A DNA stretch of 64,000 nt from Lingula anatina. Its lineage: Eukaryota; Animalia; Brachiopoda. Numbering within the stretch: the stretch's first letter is position 1; each line of letters opens with the position of its first letter. Shown here piece after piece: positions 12,401-22,400 of the stretch. Under the pieces are notes generated by a model that worked only from the letters and a program-made list of their open reading frames with translations, was not told the origin of the DNA and searched no databases. The stretch is taken from contig CM120643.1 in NCBI GenBank assembly GCA_051362555.1, positions 5,518,001 through 5,582,000 on the forward strand. Reading direction: 5' to 3'. The translations under genes and the position numbers were made by a program.

Positions 12401-15400
12401 TTTTATGTATTTCATTTTATTCCATCTCATTCTAACTTATTGATTTTATTGGTTGGTTTTTCTGTCCATCTTTTAAAGGTAGTTGTATAAAAAAATAAAT
12501 AAAATATTGGCATAACTAGTAGTATAAAATAAAGTTTAGAGTGGCAGTTATCTCTTCTGTTTTCTTTCCCTCTGTAGACTCCATCCACGAGCGGCAGATG
12601 CTGTTCACCCAAGTGTATCCCAAACTGAGGCTGCTGTGTGCCGAGCAAGGATTTGACCTCAATGTGGTGGACCTTCACTGTGGTCTGAAAACAGAACAGC
12701 TGAATGACCACAGTCTCCGGAATGCATGTCAGAAGCACATGGCCTCTTGCTTTGAGAGAGCTGCTGTACCAGCTTTTGTGGTGAGTTCTATAAACTAATT
12801 TCAGTACCATATTTGAATTAATTACCATAGAGTTTGATATTTAAACACATATTAATGTTTACAAAATTCAATTTGTTGTTAATTTTAAAAGGTTAATTTT
12901 GGTGTATTTTCTAGTTATTCCTAAACGATAAGTGTGGCACTGCTGTCTGCCCTCCAGCCATACCAGCTGCTGACTTTGAAGCCATACAGAGTGGAGTAGG
13001 GAATGAAGCAGACATGAACCTTTTGAAAAGGTAAAGCATTTACAAAAGCACTTGACATTTATATGTGTAAACTTTCAGAATGAAAGTGTCTTTTTTGCAT
13101 TGTTTTTAAACTTTATTTTAAGTTATCAAGGATACAGAAAATTGTATCTAGAGCTCTAATTTGCCATTGGTCTTTGGCATTTTATGATTATGAACAAAAA
13201 TTTAGATTTAGGAATTTTTCATTTTTATTTTCATGTAAGGTGGTATCTGAGAGATGAGAATGCCAAGCCACCACAATATGTTCTTCAGCCTGTTACAACA
13301 CACATCCAGAACTACAATGACTCTATACAGGATGCAGAGACTGGAGAATGGATAGGTGTAGTCGAGAGAATTGTGCTGATTCTGAGGCATGCTATGCCAG
13401 TTGACCTACAGGATGTTTATCTTACTTCAGGTCAGGGAATTATTGTTTCTTAAATTCATTTTGTTTGTTTATCTGTTGCAATTGTATGTGATAAATTCAA
13501 ATAAAATGTTATACAGTTGTGAAGATTGCACAGAAAACAATGAAATTCTCTATCCTCTGACAGTAAATTACCTTATATGTTTAGCACTAATTATGCAAAA
13601 TTACTAATTAAATTTTATTTTTACAGTTCTTGAAGATGAGATTGAAAACTTTGTGATGAAACCAGGAGTAAATAACCCTGTGGTGTACATCAACCGAAGT
13701 TTTGTCACCCAGCCTCAGAATCCACAACAACCCCAGGCCAGGGACTACTTTGATCTCCTTAGCAACCAGCTGGACTCCAAGGCTAAGAGCAAAGTGGACT
13801 CCTTGGCCTCCAAACTGGACAGTAGATGTACAGAAAAGGTACATTTGCATTTAATTCTTGGGTTGCTGTTATATATTATCTATTGTGTTTGTTATACATG
13901 TGAAATCCTGATATCAAAACCTTCACTCTCTGCTGTTTTTAGATATTTTTTTGAGTACTACTTTTAAAAAACATTACAGGTCACTTCTTTTTACGTGTAC
14001 CCATTTGTTAATAAATTATAAATAAATATTGCATTCCAGAGCAGTGGAGCAGTGCAGGACTGGCAACAATAAAGTCATGTTTAAAATGTACATTAGCATT
14101 GGTGCAACTGCTTCTGTTACATTTGGTGAAAACAAACTGAGAACCAACTTTTATATAATTTTACACATTTAATACTGAAAATTAATGTAGAACAAGGAGA
14201 GTCATATTCATATGGCCAATTGCAGAAAAGAAGAAAACTTGAAGTGAGCCATGATAACTTTTCTTCCAGCTTCAAATGTCCCTTTCCTGGTGTGATGAGA
14301 CTGGTTTCAGCCCCAGAAGTAATCCTGAACATGTGAAGTACCTGGACTCTCTGTGTGAGCAGTACTATGGCAAGATGAAAGTCCTGCTTGAGTCATCCAT
14401 GAAACAGGTTTTAGTTCAGGCAGAGAACTTTAGACAGAAAGGTAAACCATTTAATTTTTTTGTTACAAACTGTAATTTTGAAGCATTATAGTTTAATCAG
14501 ATAGTGGGTTTATTAATTTTTTCACTTATTATGAACAGAACTGATCCTTTATAATTATACATTTAGTAGTAATATCTGATAGTTTGGTTCATGTTATAGC
14601 ATATGGTTTGGGTGAGAAATACAATAAAAAATGAGATGTTTTTAAATTGTAAGCAACAAATTTTATAGTAGCTTTTTATTTAACATTCACTTCATCCATG
14701 GTTGAGAGAAAGGTTAGTTGGTTCATTCTCATAGCTTCATTATTTATATGAAAGCAGGTTGGCATTAGAAACTATATATTCCTGTTTACTAAAATGTAAA
14801 TTTAAAAAAGATCATTTGTAACTTACATGTAATTCTTTATTTTTCAGATGTGAGTTCTAATCTCCATGAAGAGCTTGTAAACCTCTTCAAACACATATTT
14901 ATCAAGAACTCATTCAAGTTTTTTGGTGGAAGAGAAGGTATGTTGAAGAAGATTGAAAGCTACATTGCCAGTGGCCACACAGGTCAGAGTGACACTGCAG
15001 TCAGGCCGTTACTGTTAACTGGGTCACATGGAAGTGGCGCCAGTGGGATCTGCATCCTGACCAATGGGATAGTGCATACTGTCCCAGGCTGGGAGGGCAG
15101 TGTCTGTGTACTGAGAATTCTTAAGTTGTCCACTCGTGCCAGAACTGTGGAGACCATGCTTCACTGTATCCTGGAGCAAGTTTGTCTGGCATATGATCTA
15201 CCTATATCATATGCTACCAGGGTAAGTGGAGGGGAGATTGGAAAAGAGGTGATAGATGGTTGTTTGAAAAAGAGACTACCACACACACAAACATGTCACA
15301 GTTATTATGCAGATTGGGTGGCATTTGGATTTTGCCTTGGCCACTTTTTGATTTTTGATGGTGAGATTGCTAATGGAATATCATCTGAACTAACTGCAAA

Positions 15401-18400
15401 CCAGATTGTACAACACACTTAACTACCTGTGAGTTGGGAATCTTCCATATTGAGAAAATTTATTTAGGATGAAAGGACATAGCTACGGAAAAAAACAGCC
15501 CATCTTTTATATTATGAATAATTTCATACAAAATAGATGATTAGAATAAAGATTAAAAATGGACTTGAATACTGCTGCTCTTTTTAGATTCACCAGTTGC
15601 AAGTTGCTGTCCATATTGTGTCTATTTATCTTTTTTTTTTAAATTTTGTTTTGTATTTGATTTGATCGTTGTATCAAGTCTTAAAAGAAATATTGCTTTT
15701 AAATATAATATTTTCTGTCTATAAGCTCTTCAACAAAGTCACAGTTTTAAAAACATTTTTCACATCACAAACAAGAATTTGTTAATAGGGAGGAGAGTCA
15801 GTTAAAATATTTTGTCACTTTATAGACTCTAACATAACTGTTTGGTGAAAAGAAGCATTATATTTTTAATATATTTAAATAATGGTTCCAGAATTAACAA
15901 TCATTAATATAAGTGTACCTAGTGCAATATGATATTTAAAGATGTCTGAAGTTTAATTTAGGTTAGAAAGTACATCCAGTAATGACTTGTAAGCTATTTC
16001 ACTGAAGTACTTTTATATTTTGAAATTTTTATTGCAGAGTCTTAAAGAACAACAGAAGCTATTTTACAATATTCTGGAGAAAGTCACTGCAAAGAACCCT
16101 CTGATCATCATCATGGACGGTCTGCAGGATCTTATCCCTACACCTGGAGGCCAAGTTGAATGGATACCTGCTGAGCTGCCACCTAATGTTAGGATTATTG
16201 TCACAGCAACAGAGGATGGTTTGCAGAAAATGAAAGTGAGCAAACAAACTCAAATTGAGTTTTATACAAAAAAGATATACATAATTTTATCACATTTATT
16301 TCCAGAAATGAAATGTTGTCAGCAACTTTTTTTCCCTTGGTAAAAAATTCAAAGTCCGATATGCTTGATCACATGAATTTGTTGCACTGCTAACAAGTCT
16401 TGCATGTAAAAAAACAGCAATCAGATTTAAAACATTTGTGAAAATATTGCACGTTTTGTGTCATTTTTTATAGATTTAACAATTTTATTTCAGCTTCCAA
16501 GTTCAACTCACTCTCTGAGCATTCCACCATTCACAAAGGAGGAGGGCGAATTCTTACTTAATCGCATCCTAGAACTTCATAGTCGCACTCTCACCCCCTC
16601 ACAGAGAGGAGAAGTAATCTCAGCTATAGAGAGGTGCCCATCCCCTATATATGCTGTGACCCTCTCCGCCATGGCCAGCCACTGGCACAGCTACACCTCA
16701 GATATGCAGAACAGAATCAAAGGTTCCACAGAGGAGCAGTTTGGTTTGCTTCTGGACGAGATGGATGAGAAGTATGGAGTTGACTGTGTTAAGCAAATCC
16801 TGGGTTACTTCAGCTGTGCCAAAACTGGCCTAACTGACAATGAGCTGATAGACTTGGTGTTGTGTGATAAGGTGATAATGAACAAGTTGGATGGAGATGC
16901 CTTCGCAGCTCGCTCTGTCTGGAACAGGCTCTGCATCGACATCGAGTACCTCCTGATGTATAGGATGGTCTATGGACTTATAACTTTCCAATGGAAGCAC
17001 TCTGTTTTTGCTGATTGTGTCATGAAGAGATATTTTCCCAAGGCAGAAGATATCCAGGCGGTTCATAGGCTGCTGATGCAGTACTACGAAGGCAATTTGA
17101 AGCTTAATGTCTCACTGGGATCCACCATACCTCAGCCAATCAAATTTGGAAACACATTCAACCTACGGAAACTGACAGAACTTCCATATCAGATGGTGAA
17201 ATCAGGCTGTGTGGAGAAGGTGAAAACCCAATGTTTGCTCAACCTGGAGTTCTTAATGGCTAAGATGGAAAGTGTTGGAGTTGATGGGGTCATAGAGGAT
17301 GTTGCCATGGCAGTCCAGGTCAACCCCAATGACCAGGAGTTACAGCAGCTATATCAGTTGCTGCAGATGTCGGCTTTTGCTCTGAGTTTGGACCCCAGTA
17401 GGTTATGGATGCAATTCACAAGTCGTGTGGGAAAAGCGTCACTCTGTCCACCAATACAACAGCTGTGTGATGAAAGCAAATCTGTGATCCATGATGAAGG
17501 ATGGTTTGAGACTAAATCACCTGTCAGTCATGTCTTGGACCAAATGCCATCTGATGACAAAGTTGGCCAAGCCCTTGTTACTGGCGTTTTTAAGCTAAAA
17601 ACTGACCCAGCACATGTTGTAACTGTTTCCACCAGCCAAAAGAAGGTCCAGGTGTGGAACTTGACCTCTGGTAAAGCTGTGAGGACACTTATAAATATCC
17701 CTCAGCCAAGAAATGTCCGCATGGTTGACGACTACAGAGCTGTTGTGCTTTGTAACCGGGAACTGAAGGTGTTTGACTTGAACCAGGGCACCTTGCTGTC
17801 AGAATTAAAAGGTGTCCTGAATGTTGAACGACCTTATTTTGAAATCATGGATGAAAATCATGCTGTGACTTTATCCAGGAACAGAATGTATGTGAACATC
17901 ATGGAACTGGAGACTGGAAGCCAGGAGTCCACTTTCAAAGTGGGTGAAGATCGTTTCCTCGACAGCCTCTTTGTCAGTGCAGATGGCCAGATGTGTGTTT
18001 GTGGAGATGAGGTCCAGAAGCCATTTCCGCTACTTGTGTGGGATTTGCCTAACAAAAAGCTGATCCATGATATGCGCATCCCTAACCATGAGTTCCTTAC
18101 CAGCATGGCAGCCATTTCTCATGACGGGCAGTACGTGGTGTCAGTGTGCAAGGTAAGGTGGAGTGGATATTGATCCCAAGTTTAGATGTGTTCAGATTAG
18201 TACATCATATTACTATTTAAACTTTACATGAGTCATTGATATTTGACTCAATATGTAAAGGAATTTAAAACTGTAAATGAGCAAAAATGTTCATTAGCTT
18301 GGTAGTTTTTAATTTTTAGTTGGTAATTTAACACTGATTTTATCCTTCCTTTTTCTCTTAGGAGGTTGATGACCCTGCTCCAAACTTCCTGACCATCTAT

Positions 18401-19419
18401 GACCTTCAGAGCGGTCAGATGTACAAAAAGTGGACACCAGAGGTCAGCACCTGTGCAGTGGCCATTTCGTCTGCTGGTCACTGTGTGGTCAACTGCCTGG
18501 AGACGGGGACCCTGATGGTCTGGGACCTGGTAGCTGGAGGGTTAAGGTATAGCATGGGTTCAGGAAAGGAAAGGACACAAGATAAATATTTTTTTGTTTT
18601 AGTGTACTTGATATTTACATGCCTATCTGACATACACAGAGCAGCAGTTGAAGTAAAGAGTCACACACTGTGTTTGCTTCAAAGTGAAATCAGTGCAAAA
18701 TATAAAAAGTCCAAATGCAGTGATAGCATTTTATGTAAGTGTCAGGCATGAGTTTTCCAGTTGTATATTTGTCAAAACAGACGCAGATCTAGCATGATAT
18801 GTTCTGTAATTCCAGACATGAGCTGTCAGGACATAGACAAGGTGTGGACCGTATCCTCATTAGTGACAGTGGGACCAGATGTGTCAGCTACTCCACCAAC
18901 AATATAGACCAGACAGTCAAATTGTGGGATTTGACCAAAGGTTAGTGGATTTTATTTTATAAATAGGATGATAATTTGCTTGTTTTTTATTCACTTTGTT
19001 GATTTATTCCATTTCCATTTTTTCTTTTTAAAATTTGTTTTCAATGAACAGAATTATATGAATGATATAGTAATATATCAATGAGTGTTACATTTAGATC
19101 AGTATGTACCTGGTACTGTTGGTTATGGCTGTGGTATGTCTATACACTGCATTTTTATCCCCTGTTACATTTTTGATATGTAAGGAGTTCTAATGTTCCT
19201 GTTCCAGGAGCATGCCTTGCTAGTTTCACCTCAGATGTTCCACTGACCAGCTGTGAGTTGAGTATGGATGGCAATGCAGTCATTCTTGGGCTGGAAGGAA
19301 GAGAGGACATTGTAGTACTACAGCTCTGCTTGAAGGAAGGAGGTTTGCAGATGATCACAGATGGCAGCTATGGGGATGACTCTTTGAAAGACAAGGAGTT
19401 TGATCCAATGGCAAAATAG
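9375..19419 (+). CDS. NACHT and WD40 repeat domain protein (NWD1/NWD2-like STAND family), 13 coding exons, 1325 aa
   Basis: join(9375..9439,10617..10882,12578..12780,12915..13030,13240..13430,13627..13838,14270..14441,14848..15221,16038..16235,16494..18152,18362..18546,18816..18940,19208..19419) = 3978 nt. All introns are GT-AG and all phases match. NWD-type motifs: ERQMLFTQVYPKLR, WYLRDENAKPPQYVLQP, GREGML, PLLLTGSHGSGAS, PLIIIMDGLQDL, WIPAELPPNVRIIVT, RTLTPSQ, GLTDNELIDL, NLRKLTELPYQ, then WD40 repeats (VWNL, VFDL, VWDL, SGH...LWDL). Confidence 0.92.
10617..10882 (+). CDS. NWD-like coding exon 2
   Basis: ttttag| ... |gtaaga. Ends KRHIRIYHSACLT, the start of the DUF4062-like domain. Confidence 0.85.
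10930..11260 (-). mobile_element. Penelope-like retroelement 3' remnant in NWD intron 2
   Basis: On the minus strand: ETYSIKWTPKIK (resembles the GIY-YIG C-terminal E..FI...P.LN motif), short TGACGTCA-like tandem repeats at 11000-11046, and a minimal hammerhead-like motif at 10943-10973. Confidence 0.5.
10943..10973 (-). ncRNA. Minimal type-I hammerhead ribozyme-like motif (degenerate)
   Basis: The minus strand reads CUGAAGA-GGCCC-AGUA-GGGUU-GAAA-GAUC-UU: both catalytic boxes, stem II and a palindromic stem III. Stem I pairs poorly. Confidence 0.5.
12578..12780 (+). CDS. NWD-like coding exon 3
   Basis: ctgtag| ... |gtgagt. DSIHERQMLFTQVYPKLRLLC... Confidence 0.9.
12915..13030 (+). CDS. NWD-like coding exon 4
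   Basis: ttctag| ... |gtaaag. LFLNDKCGTAVCPPAIPAADFEAI...LLK. Too short for the ORF track. Confidence 0.88.
13240..13430 (+). CDS. NWD-like coding exon 5
   Basis: AAG acceptor, donor |gtcagg. WYLRDENAKPPQYVLQP...YLTS. Confidence 0.88.
13627..13838 (+). CDS. NWD-like coding exon 6
   Basis: ttacag| ... |gtacat. VLEDEIENF...RCTEK. Confidence 0.87.
14270..14441 (+). CDS. NWD-like coding exon 7
   Basis: ttccag| ... |gtaaac. WCDETGFSP...EHVKYLDSLCEQYY. Confidence 0.87.
14848..15221 (+). CDS. NWD-like coding exon 8 (NACHT P-loop region)
   Basis: tttcag| ... |gtaagt. FGGREGMLKKI...PLLLTGSHGSGAS. Confidence 0.9.
16038..16235 (+). CDS. NWD-like coding exon 9 (Walker B region)
   Basis: ttgcag| ... 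|gtgagc. PLIIIMDGLQDL...WIPAELPPNVRIIVT. Confidence 0.9.
16494..18152 (+). CDS. NWD-like coding exon 10 (helical/winged-helix domains and first WD40 repeats)
   Basis: tttcag| ... |gtaagg. 553-codon open exon inside ORF 16458..18173. Confidence 0.95.
18362..18546 (+). CDS. NWD-like coding exon 11 (WD40)
   Basis: tcttag| ... |gtatag. EVDDPAPNFLTIYDLQSG...LMVWDL. Confidence 0.9.
18816..18940 (+). CDS. NWD-like coding exon 12 (WD40)
   Basis: ttccag| ... |gttagt. HELSGHRQGVDRI...TVKLWDLTK. Confidence 0.9.
19208..19419 (+). CDS. NWD-like terminal coding exon 13
   Basis: ttccag|. GACLASFTSDVP...EFDPMAK, stop TAG at 19417-19419. Confidence 0.9.
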
Positions 19420-22400
19420 AGTGCATTTGTTAGCTTGTGACAAACACAGCCACTCTGGATGAGACAGGGAATTTGTAGTAGTGTCTGTGTATGGAATTAA
19501 ACTAGAAGTGCATTAAAGTCAGGTATTTGTAACACCCAGAACTATTGTAAAACCAAAGAGATTTATCACTATGCATAACAGTATTAGATGTAAGTCCAAG
19601 TCACGTGAATATAGAAGATTTTTTTATATTCTTATTTTATTAATATATTTTTCTCAAAGCTCTTAGTATCTTTCAAAAATTATATGTATTTGATCTATAT
19701 ATGTTTATCTGTAAGCAACTTAAATATTTGTATTTTATTGGATATAAATATCTGCAATATAGCGGTTCATAAAGATTAACTCTTAAGTTTTAGAACTATT
19801 TCAACAGTCATCCATGTTTTGTCCTTGCTTGTATGTACATTTTACTCTGTCAGCTGAATTTTATGTAGGGGAATTTGTAATGTACACCAAGGATTAGAGA
19901 CAGTGTTTACTAATGACCTTGAATCCAAAGTTTCAGCCATAAGTGTTGTTAAGCCATCATTGTTTTCATTTGACATGTTCTGATAAAGCAATCATATACA
20001 GAAATGTCATCAGTGTCTATGTTTGTTATGCTATAATAAAACAGTGGCATAAAGAAATAACAAAGAAACAAAAAAGCTCTGTTGCATCAGCATCATGATT
20101 AATAATCAAAATCTAAATCCTTGACTCAGTCTTATAATATTACATGTATATGATATGAAGACTTTGTTTTAGATATAAATTATATGTACCAGAGTATGAT
20201 TTTCTACTTGTGCCACTCTGAATATAATTATAACTTCAATACCAGAATATAATTATAACTTCAAAGTTTATAAGAAAACAATATTTCCAACTTTGACAAT
20301 CAGCTGTAGAGAATTTAAAAAGGAAATTGTGACGCTTATAAAATTATTCTTGTGATTTGTAAATGATGAAAGACAGTTTAGTCATATTTTAAATCTTTTA
20401 TTTGTATACCTCTTGTACATAATTGAAATGATTGTATCAGTTATTTTTGTAAACAACATGTAAACAGGTTATTTCCCCCAAAAAAAGTACCTCTTTACAT
20501 GAAATACAATTAACATATTGACAACTGATATTTGATATCTATATGTATATGACATTGGACAATCAGTGTCTATTTTGTAATAGTATGTTATCGTTGTGCA
20601 AAATAATGATAAAATGCCAAATGAACATTTTGTATAAATATCTTTTTCCATCAAGACTTGTCAGATGTTTGATAATTCCTAATGCTTGTTTATGATTCAG
20701 AAATACAAATGCTTAATGAAGTACTGCTGCATTTTAGTTGGACTTGACATGTATCATCCCATGTATAAAACCTGTCATATAATATAAAGTTGTGAGGCTT
20801 GCCATGAAATGGAACAGAAAATAAAGAAAATGTACAGTATTTATATGTGAGTTAAATGTACAGTATTTATATGTGAGTTACACACAGCTTATTTACTTCT
20901 ACCTTTGAACTGTGCTTTCTTATAGTAGAATGAGAAAAATACAAAAAAATGTTCTTCATATTAAATAATAGTTTTAAATGGGAGACAAATATCAAACTTA
21001 GATTTTTATGTAAAAGTACCTAAAACTAATTTTTGGTACAAATAAACCTTTTGGTTTATTTCAAAATTATAAATTTTTCATGAGCAGAAAAGATGTGTCT
21101 AGACATTTAGCCATCACCTGCAGCCATCTTTGCTGATGCCATGCAATTTCATGATATTTTTACTCATAAACTCATACACACCATAAAAGACAAAAAGTTT
21201 ACATAATATACTCCTGACATGAACAATTCACTGGCCCCCAAAACTTCCCAAGTACAAAAATATGGATGAATTGTATTACTCTTCTTGAAGTTCTGAAGTT
21301 TTTTTATGAATGTGTCATTTTCACACATTTTTCGTTTTTAAAGTGTGGTTTTTAATTCTAACAGATTTTGCAACCCCTTGCTGTTTACATTTTCTGAATG
21401 TTGTGCTTGTTTTAAAACTAGTGGTGATTATGCCATGCAGAGTGATGTAATACTTGTGGCATTTGTACATTTTCATCATTAAATTGGTTGTTTGTCATTT
21501 TAGAAGGTTTTAACACCACTGCTTCTTTCGGTTTTGTCTTGTATATGTCTGTTCGTTCATGTTATAACTGTGGACAAACTGTTTCACATTGTGTTAGTTG
21601 CGACATAGACGCCCAGATTGCTCTGGTCGCAATGGCGTTAACATGTTAGTAAACAGAATTGCGCACCCCGCTTCATAATCTGGACATAGGGGCCAAACGA
21701 TTAGTTGTGTCATAACAGCTATAAAATAACACTTCTTTTTGATCTTGAAAAAAATCCCCTTTGAAATAAATTGGAACACCGGCCTTACATGCATGTGTTT
21801 CTCGAGGTGAAATATTTTCCAACAATCCAAAACTGGCAAGTGACACTGTTTACGTTCGCGTACAGTATTTACACAAACAGTAGAAAAGAAATGTGACCGT
21901 ACTATTCTGAGGCATTCCATATTATAAAGCAAAGTTCTCTAATCTCTTCTTTTTTTTTGCTGAGTTACAGAGGTGCAATTCTATATACTGTTTCAACATC
22001 AGGTGAGACTCAATAAATATTTCCATGCACCAGAAATAGAAAAAAGATATAGATTTCTTATTTCATAATTGATTAAGTTAAAGACGAGATTTATCATTTA
22101 AAAAATGTCGAGAAAGAAACACACCTTCCAGTTTTCATGAAATAAGAGGACGTAATGCAGTTGAGCTAATGCAATTGTTGTCCGTTAAATAATAAAGCCG
22201 ACTTACTCAACCATTCAGGACAGTGCAGTGAAGTGATTAAATTCCCTCTCAATTTTCCACAAGAAGAAAAGAATGTAGCAAAGCATGGGGAACATGTTGC
22301 ACTAGTCGGTGATTTCCTATTCCATCATGTTTAACAAGAAACCCCAGCGAGCAAAACTGGCAGAGATTGGCGGACGATCGCAAGATTTGCCGGGCTAAAA

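Noticed and set aside
16830-18481. Antisense ORFs overlapping NWD exons (16830..17066, 17858..18115, 18248..18481)
   Set aside because: Shadow ORFs of the real coding strand with no motifs of their own.
20221-20880. Two short perfect tandem duplications (~25 bp at 20221-20263 and ~26 bp at 20828-20880)
   Set aside because: Ordinary slippage duplications in AT-rich 3' sequence, with no further structure.
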